NCBI GenBank assembly: GCA_014905635.1
Contig: JABVCE010000008.1
Coordinates: 124,001-188,000, forward strand
Source of the DNA: Scenedesmus sp. PABB004
Lineage: Eukaryota
Direction of reading: 5' to 3'
Length of the DNA: 64,000 nucleotides
The notes beneath the pieces are model-generated. The model was not told the DNA's origin, did no database searches, and was given only the letters and a program-made list of their open reading frames with translations. Position 1 is the first letter of the stretch; every line of letters begins with the position of its first letter. The position numbers and the translations under genes were made by a program. Shown piece by piece: positions 60,727 to 64,000 of the stretch.

Positions 60727-61216
60727 GCTTTGCTGCCGCCGGTGCCGCCGCTGCTGCCGCCGCCGCCGCCGCTGCTGCCGCTGCTGCCGCTGCCGCTGCT
60801 GCCGGTGCCGCCGCCGCCGCCGGCTGCTGTCGCGGGCGCTGGACCTCGCCAAGTGCTCGACGAGCGCGACGGGCTGACGCTGGGCGGCCGGGGGCGCCGC
60901 GGGCCCCTGAGCAGTGGCGGCGGCGCGACTGCAGGCGGACTGCGGGCGGCGCCGCCGGGCCCGCGCGATCGAGAGCGCGGATGGCTTTCTACGCACGGCG
61001 TGTAAGCCTCCTCGATCACGGGACGCAAGGGGCGGGAGCAGAGCGCTCGAGGTTCAGCTGCGGCAGAGCCGCTTTCGGCGCGGCCCCACACGTAACTCTC
61101 CCCGGCCCGTGCCGCTCCGCCACAGGAGCGTGCCGGGTCATCAAGAGACGGTGCGTCGCCGCCGCGGCGCGGCGGCGCAAGCACACCGACCGCCGCACCC
61201 CCGCCCCGCGCCCGCG

Positions 61217-61875
61217 TCACGCCTTCAGCCCCGCCTGCGCGCGCAGCGCCGCCAGCTCCTGCTCAAACCGCGCCGCCGTCTCGCGCAGGCCCGCCGTCGC
61301 GGCGCGCGCGAGGTCCTGCGCGGCGCTCGCCGCCATGCGCGCGGTCTGGCTGACCGCCTTGGTGGCCTGCTGGTGCTGCTGCGTCGCGAGGTCGAGCGCG
61401 GCCTGCGAGTCCTGCAGCACCTGGCAGGTCTTGGCGTGGTCGGCCTTGGCCTGCGCGTGCAGCGCCGCCCCGGCCTCGCCGACGCGCATGCCGACCATCG
61501 CCTCGCTCTCGTCCAGCGCGCGGTGCAGCCCCGCGACCGCCGCCTCGAGCTGCATGCGCAGCCCGTCGATGGTGGGCGCGCCGCTGCTGTCCAGCAGGCG
61601 CTTGGGCTGCGGCGGGCGCGCGCACGCGTCGTGTGTGGGGCGGAGCGGGGCGCGGGCGGGCGGGCGGCGGCGGCGCGCGCTGCGCGCGCTGCGCGGGCCC
61701 CCTTGCCGGCGCGACGCACCTGCAGCGCCGCGCCGCCGGCGCGGCCCTTCTTGCCCACGCCGCCCGCGGCGCCGCCGAGGTCCAGGTCGAGCGCCAGGCC
61801 TCCACCGGCGGCCTTCTTGCCCCCGCCGCCGTCGCCCTTGCGCGCCGCCGCGGCTCCGCCTGCCGCCTTGACCAT
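61217..61875 (-). CDS. Small two-exon protein: Lys/Gly-rich N-terminus, helical C-terminus
   Basis: MVKAAGG..GGAALQ|PKRLLDSSGAPTIDGLRMQLEAAV..AQAGLKA*. Confidence 0.65.
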
Positions 61876-62177
61876 GGCCGCCACGCGTCCGGGGTGCCCG
61901 TCCCCTGGCAGCGGCGCGGCGAGGCGGGCCGACGCGCTGCTGCTGTGCCGGGCGGCGCGCGCTGCGCCGGCGGCGCGCGGGTCGCGCTGCTGACCCGCGG
62001 GGTGGCGTCGGCGTGGAGGCTGCGGACGAGATGTGCGGCGGCCTGGGGCGCGGGGCGCGCTAGCCGGCCGGCGGCGTGCGAACGGCGGGCGTCGTCGTCG
62101 CTGCCGTTCAAGCCAGACAAATCAAGAAGGGCCGCCGCCGCGAGCGCAGTTAGTCTTCCCGCAGAGACGGAGCGGCC

Positions 62178-64000
62178 ATGGACGGCGCGGCGGCGGCGGC
62201 GGCGGCCGCGGCCGCGGCGGCAGCGCTGCTGCCGGACGGCGTGTCGCTGCCCGGCCCGGAGCTGCCGCTGTGGGAGCCGCCCTCGCCCGGTGCGTGCGGG
62301 CCCGGGGGATGCCGGTGCCGCAGCGGCCTGCCCGATCGGCGGCGCCAACCGACGCGCTGCGCCGGCGCGCCGCTGCTGTCGCCGCAGGCCCGCTGCTGCG
62401 GCCGCAGCGATGCCCCTACGACGCCTGCTTCCTGGCGGGGCGCGCCATCGTCATAGACAACGGCTCCCACACCCTGCGCGCGGGGTGCGCGCGGGGGGGG
62501 GGGGGGGGCTGCAGCGGGAGCGCGGCGCGGCAGCGCCGACGCGAGACGCCGCGGCCCACCGCCCGCCGCGCCGCCGCCGCGCCGCCGCCGCAGGTGGGCG
62601 GGCGCGGACACGCCGTCGGTGGTCTTCCGGTCGCTGATCTGCAAGCCGCGGCCGCGCCAGGGCCCCGCGGCACGCGCGGTCGTGGGGCAGTGGGGCCCCG
62701 GGCTCAGCGGCTGGGACTTTGGCCGCCACACGCACAGGCGCGCGCGCACACGCACAGCGCCAGGGCCTGCCCCGCCCTGCCACTGCCGCCGGCGGGCGCC
62801 CGGCGACCAGGTTGCCCTGCACCGCCCGGCCCCGCCCCGCCCCGCGCCGGGTTGCCAGGTCCTGCTTTGACGGCGACGTGCCGATCAACCTGGAGGCCCA
62901 GGAGGCGCTGCTGGACTGGGCGCTGGACCGGCTGGGCGTGGAGGGCGGTGAGCGTGCGGCCCCGGGCCGAGGCCAGACGAGGCCAGACGGGGGGGCGCGG
63001 GCGCGGGCGCCGCCGGCGCGCCGAGCGCGCACCGCCCGCCGCGCCGCCCGCAGAGCGCTGCGTGCCGCACCCGCTCCTGCTCACCGAGGCGCCGCTGGCG
63101 CCGGCGGGCGCGCGCGCGCAGCTGGCGCAGCTCGTATTCGAGGCGTACGGCGTGCCCAGCCTCGCATTTGTGGCGGCCGCGCCAGCGGCCTTTTTCCACC
63201 ACTACCACGCCGCACGCCACCACCACGGCGGCAGCGGCGGCGCCGGCAGCAGCGGCGGCGGCGGCGGCGGCGGCGGCGGTGGCGCGCCGCCGCGCGTGGC
63301 GCAGCAGCTCGCGGGCATCGTCGGCGCGGCCGGCGCGCCGGCGGCGCGCGGGCTCGCGCTGGACGGCGCGGCGCTCAACAACGGCGTGCTCGGCGGCGGC
63401 GGGGGGTTTTGCGGCGCGAGCAGCGCGCTCGTGGTGTGCAGCGGCCACGCGTTCACGTACGTCGTCCCGGTGTTCAAGGTGCGGCGGCGGCGCGGGCCGC
63501 CGCGCAGCGCCGGAGGCTCGCGCGAGCCCGCGGAGCGGGGCCGCGCGGCGCCCCGCGCGCGGCGGCGCGGCACGGGCGCGCCGACCGCCCGGACCTGTGC
63601 GTTCGCGCGCGCGCCCGCGCAGGGCCAGCCACAGTGGGGCGCCGCGGTGCGCTGCTGGGCGGCGGGCGGCTCGGCGACGGCGCACCTGCAGTCGGTGCTG
63701 AGCGTGCGGCACCCCTCGCACGCGAGCGGCGCGCTCGCCAGCTGGCAGCTGGTGGAGGGCGTGAAGGAGGGGCTCTGCTGCGCGGCGGCTGACTACGGCG
63801 CGTCGCTCAAGGCGGCGGCGGCCGACCCCGACACCGCGGGTGCGCGGCCACGCCGCTGGGCGCGCGGGCGCCGGCGGCGGAGGCGCCGCGGTGGCTGCGC
63901 GCGCGCCCACGCCGCTGCGTGCGCTGCGCCCGCGCACAGGCGGGCTAGCGGTGCGCGTGCAGCTGCCGTTCCGGCAGGAGGCGCAGCAGGCGCAGGCTGA
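62178..64000 (+). CDS. ARP5: Actin-related protein, ARP5-like (INO80 subunit), 3'-partial
   Basis: IVIDNGSHTLRAG|WAG..PSVVFR, SCFDGDV..QEALLDWALDRLG, HPLLLTEAP..QLVFEAYGVPS. Confidence 0.82.

Noticed and set aside
61001..61005. Plus-strand TGTAA between two minus-strand genes, suggesting an antisense RNA
   Set aside because: A single 5-mer with no supporting ORF or promoter evidence.
1..64000. Many long overlapping Arg/Ala/Pro-rich ORFs on both strands
   Set aside because: Expected from stop-codon scarcity at very high GC. They are shadows of spliced genes or read through introns.

Overview
Gene-dense nuclear DNA of a very GC-rich (roughly 78-80% by eye) chlorophyte green alga, probably Chlorophyceae/Sphaeropleales. 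This is inferred from short GC-rich spliceosomal introns, TGTAA poly(A) signals and Chlamydomonas-like proteins. Most long ORFs in the track are GC-driven artefacts. I rebuilt the real genes by hand-splicing exons, so internal exon borders and some start codons are approximate. I find 26 intron-containing genes. They include RPS3a, a two-FAS1 repetitive wall protein, a PDE12/CCR4-YrdC fusion, MYB3R, CstF77, two OPR-like proteins, flagellar dynein IC2, Dnmt2, NC2-beta, a PGA1-like protein, SepSecS, an ING-Tudor protein, DUF760, a RING-IBR protein, PAP2, R2R3-MYB, an EcKinase-like protein and ARP5. Most notable: (1) an in-frame fusion of a PDE12-type deadenylase with the t6A enzyme YrdC; (2) at least 16 GC-AG introns; (3) a candidate bicistronic PGA1-like/SepSecS locus; (4) a duplicated promoter/5'UTR/N-terminus shared by Dnmt2 and an orphan gene; (5) an ING protein with a Tudor-like domain in place of the PHD finger.
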